From assembly GCA_020696385.1 (NCBI GenBank), contig JAEHCQ010000001.1, positions 480,001 through 544,000 of the forward strand: a stretch of DNA of 64,000 nucleotides, in the 5' to 3' direction. Source of the stretch: Methanobacteriota archaeon (lineage in GTDB: Archaea > Thermoplasmatota > Thermoplasmata > SG8-5 > JAGLSY01). The notes below the pieces were generated by a model. It worked only from the letters and a program-made list of their open reading frames with translations. It was not told the origin of the DNA and made no database searches. Shown piece by piece: positions 1-9,599 of the stretch (its first letter is position 1; the number at the start of each line of letters is the position of its first letter). Made by a program: the position numbers and the translations under genes.

Positions 1-302
1 CAAAGAACACTGTGATAGACATAACCGACAAGGCGAAGGCCAACTCGATCGTGCACTCTTTCATGATCACCGAGAGGACCGGGGCTTTCAACACCCTGCA
101 GATACCCATCAAGTTCGTGAACATCGAGTTCGATGGGGTATGCACCATCTTGATGGGGGCATTGGTCAGGGGCGAGCCAAGCATTGGTATGAAGGTTATT
201 CCGATATTCAAGACCCAGAACCCGGAATACATCATCACCGATATGCTCTGGGTGGCTGAAGGCACACCTGCATCAGACCTTCCAGAAGGATATTCCTTCT
301 GA
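1..302 (+). CDS. C-terminal part of a DUF35/ChsH2-like OB-fold (Zn-ribbon-associated) protein, truncated by window edge
   Basis: Open frame from window start; HSFMI...FVNIEFDG...IGMKVIPIF resembles the OB-fold C-terminus of DUF35 proteins; followed by a terminator. Confidence 0.6.
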   Translation, partial: KNTVIDITDKAKANSIVHSFMITERTGAFNTLQIPIKFVNIEFDGVCTILMGALVRGEPSIGMKVIPIFKTQNPEYIITDMLWVAEGTPASDLPEGYSF

Positions 303-323
303 TCGGTAAGCAAACAGAAGAAT

Positions 324-364
324 GCCAGGCGGTGGAATATCCGCCTGGCTCCCTTTCATTTTTT
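324..364 (+). terminator. Stem-loop + U-tract terminator
   Basis: GCCAGGCGG (324-332) / CCGCCTGGC (341-349) followed by TCCCTTTCATTTTTT. Confidence 0.7.
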
Positions 365-470
365 GATGTTTTATTGCATGAGTATGAGCTATGCAGAGCA
401 TTTTCTCTATAATGCGTATGCGGATCAATGCAAGTATGCCCCGTCTGGATAATTCATAGAATATTCATTA

Positions 471-660
471 GGGCGAAGCTCGGCTTGCCGAGATTCTGAA
501 AGCTCAGCTTTGCTGAGATTCAGGGTACTATATTCTATATCTCAGCGGGTGACAGTTGTGATGTGCCAGTAGGAAGATAAACTCCTCGCTCTACCAAAGC
601 GAGGAGTCAAATCAATCCCCGCCTCGAGAGACGCAGGGGCGGGGTCTTTATCCTCACCCA
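471..660. repeat. Cluster of intergenic hairpins, possibly a non-autonomous element remnant
   Basis: CTCGGC-TT-GCCGAG and CTCAGC-TTT-GCTGAG in near-tandem; ACTCCTCGCT/AGCGAGGAGT; CCCCGCC/GGCGGGG. Confidence 0.5.
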
Positions 661-709
661 GCATAACAAACTAAAACCTAAGCATCAAGCTAGCCAAAGA
701 AAATATGAT

Positions 710-745
710 AAAAAGGAAAGGGTCGGGCGCCCGAAAGCGCCCGAA
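710..745 (-). terminator. Stem-loop + U-tract terminator of the surface-protein gene
   Basis: TCGGGCGC (723-730) / GCGCCCGA (737-744); the A-tract to the left reads as a U-tract on the minus strand. Confidence 0.75.
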
Positions 746-767
746 TTTTCTATTGTCCATTACCTAC

Positions 768-3086
768 TTATTCCGTTGGTGGTGGAGGTGTCTGGTTCTC
801 TGGCTCTGACTGGTATGAGCTACTTGGTGCGAAGGAGGTCTCTGTTTCCACAGGTGCTCCGCCCTTTGGGTTTGCCTTCTTGTATTTCTTCACCATGATC
901 GCTGTGTAGGCGATCAAGAAGCAAGATGCTACCAGAATCAGTATGATCATCGCGTAGTAGAACATACCAACTGTTGATCCTCCAAAGCCAGTTGACTTCA
1001 GGGAGACACCGTGGTTGATACTGGTGAAGTCTCCGAAGGAATCGGTGTAGGCGGTTGCAAAGGTCATGAGATAAACGTGACCGCTTGACATGTCCTTGTT
1101 AGCCTTCATTTCGATCTCGACTTCGACACTCTCGCCTGGTGCAAGGTCTGCAATGTATATTGGCAAAGCATCAGCGATAGGTGCTGCTATGTCACCGTTG
1201 ATCTCATTTGTCTCACCTGCGACACCGATGTTCGGCATTGTCAACCTCACGTTCCTGGCTACGTCGTCACCATTGTTGGTGATCGTCAAAGTCAGGGTAA
1301 AGTCTGCGCCATTCTTGATCTCGCCTGGGGATACGGTTGTGATCTCCAGCTTTGGACCGACACCGGATATAGTAACCCTAGCATCGAGTGTTGTTGTCAT
1401 TGCCGCGCCCATGTCCATATTGACACCGGTTATTGTGACTGGAACCGAGTGAACTCCAGATTCTACCCCTGGTGCGAGGTCCACCCTGAGGGTGACGAAT
1501 TCTGTGCTACCAGCCCAGAGTGTTCCGAGCATTGCTTCCTCGGAGAAATCTGCAGCTGGATCAATAACGTTCAGGAATGGAGATGTCGCACTGTTGGTCT
1601 CTATCTGAAGAACAACGTTTCCGAAGTCAATGTTGCCGAAGTTCTGTACTGCGAGCTGAAGTCCGTTATCAACGATCCTTCCGCCCAGGGACAGTGTGTT
1701 CTGGCTTGTCAACATGAGATCCATCGTGGTGTCTGTGACAGTTATCCATATGAATGGACCGCCGACAGTGCTTGTCTCTGGATCAAGTGTGAAAGCTCCT
1801 GCGCCCATGTTCACACGTGGAATATGTTCTACAGCTCCCATTGTCCAATCAACAACGGTGTTCATGAAGATGTTTGCATCTGGATCCTCGTACATCCCCC
1901 AGAAGGTGAACATAACCTTGTGCTCTCCCTCGGGTATGTAAAGGTCAACACCGACTTCCATGGATGCGGTGGTGGTATCGCCAATTGCAATGTCGCCCAA
2001 TTCGAGCCAGGCATAGCTAACTGTACCATCATCTTCCCAGTGGTCTGCAGGCATGTAAGTGAAAGCATCACTGTCGTCATCCAACTGACATTTTATGCCG
2101 TATAGATCGACGGTTCCGACATTCTCAAATGTCAATGCCCATGTGACCAGAGATGTACCCTGCTCGATGGTATCAACAGATACAGTGACTTCCAACATTG
2201 CGAGCTGGCCGACTATGAAGTCGATATCGCCGGTCTCGATACAATCCACGCCGTTTTCAGTGGTATACATGAGCTCGTAGGTACCTGTGTAGGTGCCGGA
2301 GTCCTTGACTGCGGATACGGATACCATGTACCAGAAGTTCTCGGCCTCGTGCCAATCAATAGTTCCTGGGAACATGGCGGAGTTCTCTGCATCTGTGGTT
2401 CCGAACCACTGGAAATCTCCATCAGGGAGTGTTATTTCCAGAACTGGGTCGACCATACCTTCGTCGCCTGGCATGTCATTATTGGCGTCCAGAAGAACAT
2501 TGATGTTCGTATTTCTGTCACCAGGTATGAGGCCACCGACATTACCGATGTCCGCCCTGTACTCGATGTCGAACAATATCCAGCTAGTGAATGAAAAATC
2601 ACTTCCAGCTGCACTGTTGTTCTTATAGTCGAGTGTGACCGTCAGGTTGTATGTGCCTGGTACAGCATCTCCTCTAACATCGAACTGGAATGGTCCAAAC
2701 TGGTGGCTGTTCCACTGGCTTATTGAACCTCCCCATGGATCTGTGTTGTCAAGGAAACTCTCGAAAGGAGTTGTGACCGTCATACCATTTTCATTTCTTA
2801 TAGTGGTACTGATGGTCATTTCACAAGCATATATTGTATCTGTTGTGTCATCAAGTACATCTGGACTTGATGGCATATCGTCATTGTCTATCTCTACCCA
2901 GAAATTGAAATTCTCTTCTCCTGGGAAGATTGGCCTGTCGTCAACATCGGTCCAATTTATATTGATACCTCTGTCGTCGTCATCATTTATTATATCCGCA
3001 CCGGCTAATGGTATGAATGCCGAGAATCCTGTAAGGATCATGGCAGCTACGATCACCAGTGATAGTATTTTTCCTGTATCTCTCAT
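768..3086 (-). CDS. Large secreted, membrane-anchored S-layer-like (COG1361-like) surface protein
   Basis: Signal peptide MRDTGKILSLVIVAAMIL; acidic beta-rich repeated Ig-like modules (NxGxxD motifs); C-terminal TM helix and Pro-rich tail; AAAGGTGAT SD before ATG 3086. Confidence 0.7.
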   Translation of the reverse strand: MRDTGKILSLVIVAAMILTGFSAFIPLAGADIINDDDDRGININWTDVDDRPIFPGEENFNFWVEIDNDDMPSSPDVLDDTTDTIYACEMTISTTIRNENGMTVTTPFESFLDNTDPWGGSISQWNSHQFGPFQFDVRGDAVPGTYNLTVTLDYKNNSAAGSDFSFTSWILFDIEYRADIGNVGGLIPGDRNTNINVLLDANNDMPGDEGMVDPVLEITLPDGDFQWFGTTDAENSAMFPGTIDWHEAENFWYMVSVSAVKDSGTYTGTYELMYTTENGVDCIETGDIDFIVGQLAMLEVTVSVDTIEQGTSLVTWALTFENVGTVDLYGIKCQLDDDSDAFTYMPADHWEDDGTVSYAWLELGDIAIGDTTTASMEVGVDLYIPEGEHKVMFTFWGMYEDPDANIFMNTVVDWTMGAVEHIPRVNMGAGAFTLDPETSTVGGPFIWITVTDTTMDLMLTSQNTLSLGGRIVDNGLQLAVQNFGNIDFGNVVLQIETNSATSPFLNVIDPAADFSEEAMLGTLWAGSTEFVTLRVDLAPGVESGVHSVPVTITGVNMDMGAAMTTTLDARVTISGVGPKLEITTVSPGEIKNGADFTLTLTITNNGDDVARNVRLTMPNIGVAGETNEINGDIAAPIADALPIYIADLAPGESVEVEIEMKANKDMSSGHVYLMTFATAYTDSFGDFTSINHGVSLKSTGFGGSTVGMFYYAMIILILVASCFLIAYTAIMVKKYKKANPKGGAPVETETSFAPSSSYQSEPENQTPPPPTE

Positions 3087-3317
3087 TATATCACCTTTAA
3101 TTTTATTCATATATTCTATTCTTAACGCAATATTCTATTTGCATCCCATTGCATATTGCTCTTCCATTAAGCTTTAAATCTTAGTAATATATAATGATTT
3201 TGTAAGTTTTTATATATAGGATAGCTCACCAATAGTAATAGCCAGTGATATTCACAATAAAAGAGCCAGACTCGTTCTTGACAAAATGTTTTATAAGCAG
3301 ACCACGATCACTATCTG

Positions 3318-4583
3318 ATGACTGATTTCCAGAGGCCAAGGGGCACGAGGGACTTTCCACCAGAGGAGATGGAGCAAAGGCGCATTGTGGAAGATGGCTT
3401 GAGAAAGGTAGCCCGCTCTTTCAATTTTGGAGAGGTGATGACACCCACTTTTGAAAATACGGAACTATTCGTGGCCAAGTCTGGCCCTGGCATCATTGAT
3501 GAGATATATGCTTTCAAGGACAAGGGTGATAGAGAGATATCCCTGAGGCCGGAATTGACAGCCGCGGTCATGCGGTATTATGTCAAGGAGCTCCACACCA
3601 GGCCCAAGCCTCTCAAGCTCTATTATATGGGCAATTGCTTCAGATATGAGAGGCCCCAGAAAGGCAGGTATCGAGAATTCTGGCAGTTCGGAGCAGAGAT
3701 CATCGGCGCACCGTCATTGGATGCGGATGCCGAGGTGCTGGCTCTGGCTTATTATAGCGTGAAAAATCTTGGATTGAATAACACAGTTATGAGAATAGGA
3801 CATCTAGGAGTTCTAAACAAATTCATCGAAGAATTAGGCGTATCTGAATCAATGAAAGTAGAAGTCAGACGAATGATCGATAAGCGTGATTTTGAAAGTT
3901 TGCGCACCCTGCCAGATGGGGCTGGAGCAAAACAGGATGTCACAAATCGTTTAATTGAATTAGTAAGTCTTGATGGTGGTTCAGAAACATTAGAAAAAGC
4001 TAAGAAATTGATGGATGGAGACGATATCTCTCTAAAAGAACTTAAGAAATTGCTAAATATCCTTGAAAAATATGGTATCACTGACTATAAGCTTGATTTT
4101 GGGGTGGCTCGTGGCCTAGATTATTATACCGGCATGGTCTTCGAAATAGATGCACCAAATCTGGGAGCTGAGAAGCAAATATGCGGTGGCGGTGCCTATT
4201 CTCTTTCAGAGACATTCGGTGGCCAGCCAATATCATCCACAGGATTCGCATTTGGCTTTGACAGACTGATGCTGGCTCGTTCCCAAGATGAGGAAGAATT
4301 ATCCAAATTAGATGTTTATTTTATTCCTATTTCAGACGATGCCAGGATGAAATGCTTGGAAATGGTCACTGAAATCAGGAATAATGGAATATCAGCTGAT
4401 ATCGACCTTCTTGGTAGAAAGGTCGGTAAGGCCTTCGGGTACGCGGACACCATCGGGGCAAAGACAGCCATAGTTATCGGTGACAAAGAACTGGCTGAGG
4501 AAAAGGTCATGGTGAAGGATATGGCAACTGGTGATCAGACTCCAATCAACTTCTCCGAATTACTGAAACATTATCAGAATTAA
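3318..4583 (+). CDS. hisS: Histidine--tRNA ligase
   Basis: RPRGTRDF, LRPELTA, FRYERPQKGRYREF, RGLDYYTG motifs. Confidence 0.97.
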   Translation: MTDFQRPRGTRDFPPEEMEQRRIVEDGLRKVARSFNFGEVMTPTFENTELFVAKSGPGIIDEIYAFKDKGDREISLRPELTAAVMRYYVKELHTRPKPLKLYYMGNCFRYERPQKGRYREFWQFGAEIIGAPSLDADAEVLALAYYSVKNLGLNNTVMRIGHLGVLNKFIEELGVSESMKVEVRRMIDKRDFESLRTLPDGAGAKQDVTNRLIELVSLDGGSETLEKAKKLMDGDDISLKELKKLLNILEKYGITDYKLDFGVARGLDYYTGMVFEIDAPNLGAEKQICGGGAYSLSETFGGQPISSTGFAFGFDRLMLARSQDEEELSKLDVYFIPISDDARMKCLEMVTEIRNNGISADIDLLGRKVGKAFGYADTIGAKTAIVIGDKELAEEKVMVKDMATGDQTPINFSELLKHYQN

Positions 4584-5473
4584 TGAACGAGAGTGAATTG
4601 AACATGAAACTCACACCACTGGCATCCGACTCCATGGGTGCCAGGGCCATGTGTTTTTTGATACAAACAGATGATATCAGGATAGTTATAGATCCGGCTG
4701 TCGCACTCGGCCCTATCAGGTTTGGACTTCCACCACATTCCAGGGAACTGGCAAGGTTCGAAGAGCTTCAAAATAAGATTTATGAGGAAGTTGAAAAAGC
4801 AGATATCCTCACCATCTCGCATTATCACTTCGATCACCATGACCCGGAGAATCCAGATATATGCCAGGGCAAGCGGATGTTAATTAAGCATCCACTTGAG
4901 AACATCAATAAAAGCCAGACAAAGCGATCCAAGGATTTTCTGAAGCTGATCGATGGAAAGCCAAAGTCCATCGAGTATGCGGATGGCCAGACCTTCAAGT
5001 TCGGAGATACGAAACTTGAATTCTCCGAGGCTCAGGCGCATGGCACGAATACCAAGCTGGGATATGTGATCCAGCTTGCGGTGACTGATGGTGATATGAC
5101 ATTCGTGCACACCTCGGATGTGGAGGGGCCCAGCCTGGATGATCAACTGGATTTTATCCTAAAGCAAAGACCGGATGTGCTGGCCTGCGATGGTCCCATG
5201 ACCTACCTGATGTACAAATATGGTAGGGTGGCATTGGAAAGATCCGTCGAGAATCTCAAGAGAATTATCGACGAAACATCTATCCAGAACTTGCTTCTGG
5301 ATCACCATCTTTGCCGGGATGGCAAGTGGCGGGAGAAGTTGGTGGATGTCATCAAACATGGGGAAGATAATGACTGCAAAGTCATGACCTTTGCAGAGTA
5401 TGCTGGCCTTGAGGAAAGTTTGCTGGAAGCGCAGAGAAAGATACTGCATAATGAAGAACCAGATGAAAAATAG
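4583..5473 (+). CDS. Metallo-beta-lactamase-fold hydrolase (UPF0282-like)
   Basis: SDSMGARAM, SHYHFDHH, HTSDVEGP, DHHLCRD motifs. Confidence 0.8.
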   Translation: MNESELNMKLTPLASDSMGARAMCFLIQTDDIRIVIDPAVALGPIRFGLPPHSRELARFEELQNKIYEEVEKADILTISHYHFDHHDPENPDICQGKRMLIKHPLENINKSQTKRSKDFLKLIDGKPKSIEYADGQTFKFGDTKLEFSEAQAHGTNTKLGYVIQLAVTDGDMTFVHTSDVEGPSLDDQLDFILKQRPDVLACDGPMTYLMYKYGRVALERSVENLKRIIDETSIQNLLLDHHLCRDGKWREKLVDVIKHGEDNDCKVMTFAEYAGLEESLLEAQRKILHNEEPDEK

Positions 5474-5520
5474 GCAATCCTCTTAAATAATTTCATGCGC
5501 TTACACTATTGGGAGATACA

Positions 5521-5751
5521 ATGTTAACGTGCTTTGTTCTGATTAATGTGAATGCGAAGATGGAGGACGATGTCTATAATGGTCTGGCAGCCATAAAAGA
5601 GGTCGAGGGTATCAGAGAGGTCTTTGGCCAATATGACATCATTTGCCGTGTGGAGGGAAAGGACCTGAAGGCCATACGCAAGACGATCATCAATGATATC
5701 CGTAATGTACCTGGCATCACGGCCACCACCTCGCTCATGACAGCGGAATAA
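5521..5751 (+). CDS. Stand-alone Lrp/AsnC ligand-binding (RAM) domain protein
   Basis: FVLINV...VFGQYDIICRVE...IRNVPGITATTSL; no HTH. Confidence 0.85.
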   Translation: MLTCFVLINVNAKMEDDVYNGLAAIKEVEGIREVFGQYDIICRVEGKDLKAIRKTIINDIRNVPGITATTSLMTAE

Positions 5752-5752
5752 G

Positions 5753-5857
5753 TCAGTTTATAGAGTTTTTGGAGTTTTTGGAGTTTTACCAAGTACATCC
5801 CACACCCAGAAAACTTAAACTCCACAAACTCTCAACTCTACAAACTCCACAAACTGA
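5753..5857. repeat. Inverted arrays of ~9-bp units T(G/A)GAGTTT(T/G)
   Basis: Left arm 5753-5788 TCAGTTTATAGAGTTTTTGGAGTTTTTGGAGTTTTA; right arm 5816-5857 TAAACTCCACAAACTCTCAACTCTACAAACTCCACAAACTGA. Confidence 0.75.
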
Positions 5858-5930
5858 TAAACGTTTTATATCATACTTTATATCACTCCTTAAACCACTT
5901 TTAGTGGATCAGAATCCAGTAGGGGATACT

Positions 5931-8576
5931 ATGACGGAATATGATAGAAAGAAAATTGAAGAAAAATGGCAGGGCCTTTGGGACGAGTGGAAACTATATC
6001 ATTTTGATAAGAAATCGGACATGCCAGTATACAGCATAGACAATCCCCCGAGGTATGCGTCTGGCCCACTTCACGTCGGTCATGCCATACATTACACGCA
6101 CATTGATTTCGCTGCCAGGTTCCGAAGGCAAAATGGTTACAATGTCATGTTCCCGCTCTGTATCGACGTCAATGGAATGCCCATCGAAGTTAATGTCGAA
6201 AAAAAGCACGGCATCAAGATGCGTGACTATCCGCGCCAGGACTTCATCAAACTCTGCACTGACTTTGCGGACAATAATATCGATCTCATAACTGATCAGT
6301 TCAAGCTGCTGGGAGACTCGATGGATCCGTCCATCTTCTACAGGACGGATGCGGAGTATTATAGAAGGCTCACACAGATATCATTCATCAAACTTTACAA
6401 ACGCGGTCTGATCTACAAGGGACTGGCCCCGGTCAATTGGTGTCCGAGATGTGGAACCGCTCTCGCAGACGCGGAAGTGGAATACCAGGAAAAGAAGACC
6501 AAGCTGAATTACATTCATTTCGGTGTCAAGGGCATGGACGAGGACGTCCTTATCGCGACCACCAGGCCGGAGCTCATATGCGCGTGCCAGCTTATCGTCA
6601 TAAGCCCGAAGGATAAGGAAAAACAGCATCTTATTGGAAAGAAGCTCATAACACCGATTTATGGAAAAGAGGTGGAGATAGTCGCCGATCCGAAGGTCGA
6701 TCCCGAGTTCGGAACTGGCATCGTCATGGTCTGCTCCATCGGGGATAAGGAAGATCTGGAATGGATCTACAAGTACGAACTTCCTATCGAGAAGGGAATT
6801 GACGAGAATGGAATGATGACCGAACTCGCTGGCAAGTATCAGGGCATGGAGACCGAGAAGGCCAGGGAGGCTATGATCGACGATCTGAAGAAAGATGGAT
6901 TACTGGTCAAACAAGAGCCCATGGAGCACAATTCCGGCGGATGCTGGAGATGCCACGCGACCATCGAGTTCATACAGACGCCTCAATGGTTCCTCAAGAC
7001 ACTGGATGCCAGAGAGGACATGTTGAAGATGGCCGATGATATTGATTGGAACCCGGAGTTCATGAAAATCCGTCTTTTAGATTGGATCAATTCCATCAAC
7101 AGGGATTGGGTGATATCCAGACAGAGGTATTTCGCCACGCCGATCCCGCTTTGGGAATGTAATTCCTGTGGAGAGGTTGTTCTACCAGCGGAAGGAGATT
7201 GCTATGTCGATCCCACTGTCGACTCGCCACCAGTTGACAAATGTCCGGATTGCGATAGCGAGCTAACTGGATGTGTGGAGGTTTTTGACACCTGGATGGA
7301 TTCATCGATATCCCCATTGTACTGCTCCTTCTGGGAAAGGGACGAGGAATTGTTCAAGAAGATCTTCCCCATGAGCTTGAGGACGCAAGCTCATGACATC
7401 ATACGAACATGGGCCTTTTACACCATGCTTAGAAGTAACTATCTGGCTGGCGGCAAGCCCTGGGAGAGCATGATGATCGACGGTTTCATACTTGGGCCAG
7501 ATGGCAAGCCCATGCACGCTTCCGATGGTAATGTGATCGATCCACTGGACCTCCTGGCTGAGTACGGCACGGATGCCTGGAGATATTACAGTTCCACTGT
7601 CCCGATAGGAGAGGACAGTGCGGTACGTGTGAAGGAGATCGTTCATGGAACAAGGTTCAATGCCAAATTGTGGAACATCCACAAGTTCATAAGCAAGGCC
7701 GCACGGCCCGGATTGGCAGCCCAACCTGAGGATTTCAAGACATCGGACAAGTGGATATTGACCAAATATTCCAGGCTGGTCCAGAACGTGACCAAGCACT
7801 ATGAACAATTCAGATTCGACAGGGCGATGAAGGAACTGGAACAGTTCGTCTGGCATGAGCTGGCCGATCATTATCTCGAGATGGTCAAGCACAGGAGCAT
7901 GGAGGAGGACGACGCGCTCGCGCTCACATTGTACGAGATAGGATTAGGAACCACGAAGATGCTGGCTCCGATCATCCCGCATATCGCGGACGAGATCTAC
8001 GAGCTTTATTATCAAGAAATGGATGGCAAGAAGAGCATAACGATTTCAGAATGGCCAGGCACTTCGATCGACGATCAGGACGAGCTTGAGAGAGGCGAGA
8101 TATTAAAGGACATAATCGCGGCTGTCAGGAACTGGAAGTCCGAGAAGGGCATGGCCCTAAATGCGGAAATTGGCGTTCTGGAGATAATCGGCGAGAATGT
8201 GAATAACATTCTCGGTTGCGAAGGCGACATAGCTGGCACCCTGAAAGCCAAGGACGTTCTGATGATTGGCGAGAGGGAGCTTATCGAGACACCAATTGCG
8301 ATTAAACCCAAGCACTCGGTCATGGGCCCGAAATTCAAGCAGGATGCGAAGCACATTGTGGATATACTCGGCAAGCTGGATCCTGTCGATGGCGCGAGAG
8401 CTATCGAGACCGGGGAGCTGGACATCAAACTACTATCTGGCAATACCGTGAAGATCGAGCCCGATATGGTGGAGATCATCAAGGTCCCGACCATCGACGG
8501 CAAAGAAGTACAAACTGTTACAGTGGGCGACCTGCTCATCATCATCGGCCAGTACCAAGAGGCCACGATCGAGTGA
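5931..8576 (+). CDS. valS: Valine--tRNA ligase (archaeal type)
   Basis: SIDNPP, LHVGH, NWCPRCGTALADAEV, ATTRPE, DWVISRQR, HDIIRTWAF; ATG 5931 after AGGGGAT. Confidence 0.95.
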   Translation: MTEYDRKKIEEKWQGLWDEWKLYHFDKKSDMPVYSIDNPPRYASGPLHVGHAIHYTHIDFAARFRRQNGYNVMFPLCIDVNGMPIEVNVEKKHGIKMRDYPRQDFIKLCTDFADNNIDLITDQFKLLGDSMDPSIFYRTDAEYYRRLTQISFIKLYKRGLIYKGLAPVNWCPRCGTALADAEVEYQEKKTKLNYIHFGVKGMDEDVLIATTRPELICACQLIVISPKDKEKQHLIGKKLITPIYGKEVEIVADPKVDPEFGTGIVMVCSIGDKEDLEWIYKYELPIEKGIDENGMMTELAGKYQGMETEKAREAMIDDLKKDGLLVKQEPMEHNSGGCWRCHATIEFIQTPQWFLKTLDAREDMLKMADDIDWNPEFMKIRLLDWINSINRDWVISRQRYFATPIPLWECNSCGEVVLPAEGDCYVDPTVDSPPVDKCPDCDSELTGCVEVFDTWMDSSISPLYCSFWERDEELFKKIFPMSLRTQAHDIIRTWAFYTMLRSNYLAGGKPWESMMIDGFILGPDGKPMHASDGNVIDPLDLLAEYGTDAWRYYSSTVPIGEDSAVRVKEIVHGTRFNAKLWNIHKFISKAARPGLAAQPEDFKTSDKWILTKYSRLVQNVTKHYEQFRFDRAMKELEQFVWHELADHYLEMVKHRSMEEDDALALTLYEIGLGTTKMLAPIIPHIADEIYELYYQEMDGKKSITISEWPGTSIDDQDELERGEILKDIIAAVRNWKSEKGMALNAEIGVLEIIGENVNNILGCEGDIAGTLKAKDVLMIGERELIETPIAIKPKHSVMGPKFKQDAKHIVDILGKLDPVDGARAIETGELDIKLLSGNTVKIEPDMVEIIKVPTIDGKEVQTVTVGDLLIIIGQYQEATIE

Positions 8577-8581
8577 TTCGA

Positions 8582-8872
8582 ATGGCTAGCATATCGGAAG
8601 AACAGGTCATCGAGGTTCTGAACATGATCATTGACAAGGAACGAAATAGAAGCATGTGGCAGATGAGATTGGTTACCCATCTGGCAGTAGATCCAGACAA
8701 TAATATTTCTATAACCGTGGAGCCAACAAACCCAGCATGTCCCATAGGCCTGAAGATGGCCTATGATGCGAAGGTGGCTTTGATAAGCATGGCGGATGTG
8801 GGAAAGGTAGATGTGAAGATCATCGGGCACAAACATTCGGAAAGCATGAATCGTATGCTGGATGAGTTGTAG
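8582..8872 (+). CDS. DUF59/MIP18 (SufT-like) Fe-S cluster assembly protein
   Basis: EEQVIEVLNMIID...PTNPACP motif. Confidence 0.7.
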   Translation: MASISEEQVIEVLNMIIDKERNRSMWQMRLVTHLAVDPDNNISITVEPTNPACPIGLKMAYDAKVALISMADVGKVDVKIIGHKHSESMNRMLDEL

Positions 8873-8942
8873 AATGGGCAAAAAAGTGCCCCAAAACTAA
8901 TAAGTCAATAAAGAGATAAGCATGTAGGAAGAGAGATGGAAG

Positions 8943-9467
8943 ATGAATAATAAACCAATTTTGAGCATAAGATATAATGCATCAAATGTTGATGTGCCCA
9001 CATATACCATAATGATAGTCTTTTTCGTAATTTTTCCAATATTTCTAATGCTTCAGATTGGAACAGAAACAACAGAGGCAATCATCATAAATTCAATTTT
9101 AATCTTTATTGCTTGCTTACTGGCTATGATATTATTCCCATATCGTAAAGGCATATTCGATTTTTTTGATGAGAATGTGATATTTAACCCAGAGTCAGCA
9201 TTTCCATCATCAAAATATGATATCAAATATTCAAAGATTTCACAAATATATTACAACAAAAATACGAAATGCATCCATTTATTTACTGATGACATAGAAA
9301 AGCATTTTAATATTCAAGAAATTGAAACCCCATTTAAAACAGAGTTAATTATTTCATTGGAAAAGGTAGATGATAAAATTTGTAAAGACATGCTGGATAT
9401 ATTCATCAAAAATAATGTTCCCACTACATTGATTACAGGAATATTTCAAAAGAAAATTATTGAATAA
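8943..9467 (+). CDS. Hypothetical AT-rich membrane protein with two TM helices
   Basis: 174-aa ORF, purine-rich SD-like upstream sequence, two hydrophobic segments, visibly more AT-rich than neighbours. Confidence 0.6.
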   Translation: MNNKPILSIRYNASNVDVPTYTIMIVFFVIFPIFLMLQIGTETTEAIIINSILIFIACLLAMILFPYRKGIFDFFDENVIFNPESAFPSSKYDIKYSKISQIYYNKNTKCIHLFTDDIEKHFNIQEIETPFKTELIISLEKVDDKICKDMLDIFIKNNVPTTLITGIFQKKIIE

Positions 9468-9478
9468 TGTCATCCAGT

Positions 9479-9527
9479 CTGCTCCGAGCAGGCGAGAGGG
9501 GGAAGGGTCGAGCCAGCACAGGAGCAG
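9479..9527 (+). repeat. Fragment of modular intergenic repeat family A
   Basis: CGAGCCAGCACAG (9509-9521) shared with the 50.6/50.8-kb copies (GAGCCAGCACAG with the 12.5-kb copy), enclosed by CTGCTCC/GGAGCAG stem. Confidence 0.45.
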
Positions 9528-9599
9528 GGTGGGGGGTAAACAATAGAAGGGGTGGGAATTCCGTATAAGTTTAATACAGCTATCACTTTCACGGTCATA

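Noticed and set aside
3750-4100. AT-richer patch inside hisS
   Set aside because: Coincides with the variable insertion domain and the frame is intact; not quantifiable by eye
5769-5930. N-terminal extension of ValRS in the ORF track
   Set aside because: It translates the 9-bp repeat region; SD and typical start are at ATG 5931
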